This document shows, piece after piece, positions 44,743-44,868 of a DNA stretch of 44,868 bases. How positions within the stretch are numbered: position 1 is the stretch's first letter; each line of letters opens with the position of its first letter. Position numbers and translations under genes: made by a program. This DNA is from a virus (taxonomy: Duplodnaviria; Caudoviricetes): positions 1 through 44,868 of IMG/VR virus record IMGVR_UViG_3300042503_001575. One strand, given 5' to 3'. The notes beneath the pieces were generated by a model that worked only from the letters and a program-made list of their open reading frames with translations, had not been told where the DNA came from and searched no databases.

Positions 44743-44868
44743 GTTTGTGAGTATTATATACGCATAAGCTCTTTTACAAACTCTAGCAACCCATAAAATT
44801 TAATATATTAAATTTTATGGGTTGCTAGAGTTTGTAAAAGAGCTTATGCGTATATAATACTCACAAAC
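44743..44868. repeat. Perfect 126-bp palindrome reaching the end of the window
   Basis: 63-bp arms with no spacer; axis between 44805 and 44806 (..CCATAAAATTTAATA|TATTAAATTTTATGG..). Confidence 0.97.

Noticed and set aside
1-44868. Stop-codon reassignment as in some crAss-like phages
   Set aside because: Genes are full length in the standard code, TAG ends some genes (e.g. at 1744 and 32100), the muzzle split uses TAA followed by AT-rich spacers, and no suppressor tRNA was seen.

Overview
This window is most of the genome of an AT-rich tailed phage, probably podovirus-like, with a crAss-related morphogenesis module. The host is most likely Bacteroidota, based on about 11 TAnnTTTG promoter boxes in front of operons and two secreted proteins with Gln after the signal peptide. 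The minus strand from 31.3 kb to 0.5 kb carries, in order: GroES-like protein, probable TerS, TerL, portal, small virion proteins, scaffold, major capsid protein, a GIY-YIG endonuclease, ring/tail-tube proteins, GroES, a muzzle/stabilisation gene split by Thr-rich modules, a cupin, and four probable ejection proteins with a ferritin among them. The 32-44.8 kb part holds lambdoid-style replication and recombination genes (DUF4373-type initiator with an internal HNH, primase-helicase, SSB, NinG, YqaJ-type exonuclease, RusA), a PAPS-reductase-family gene and small basic proteins. No DNA polymerase, RNA polymerase, integrase, reverse transcriptase, tRNA or CRISPR array was seen. The most notable observations are the split and decorated muzzle gene, a perfect 126-bp terminal palindrome beside RusA (hairpin telomere or assembly artefact), a kissing-loop RNA leader before an antisense HNH gene, three phased palindromic operators, and a nearly T-free 120-nt tract. 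All family assignments come from motif recognition by eye, not database searches.
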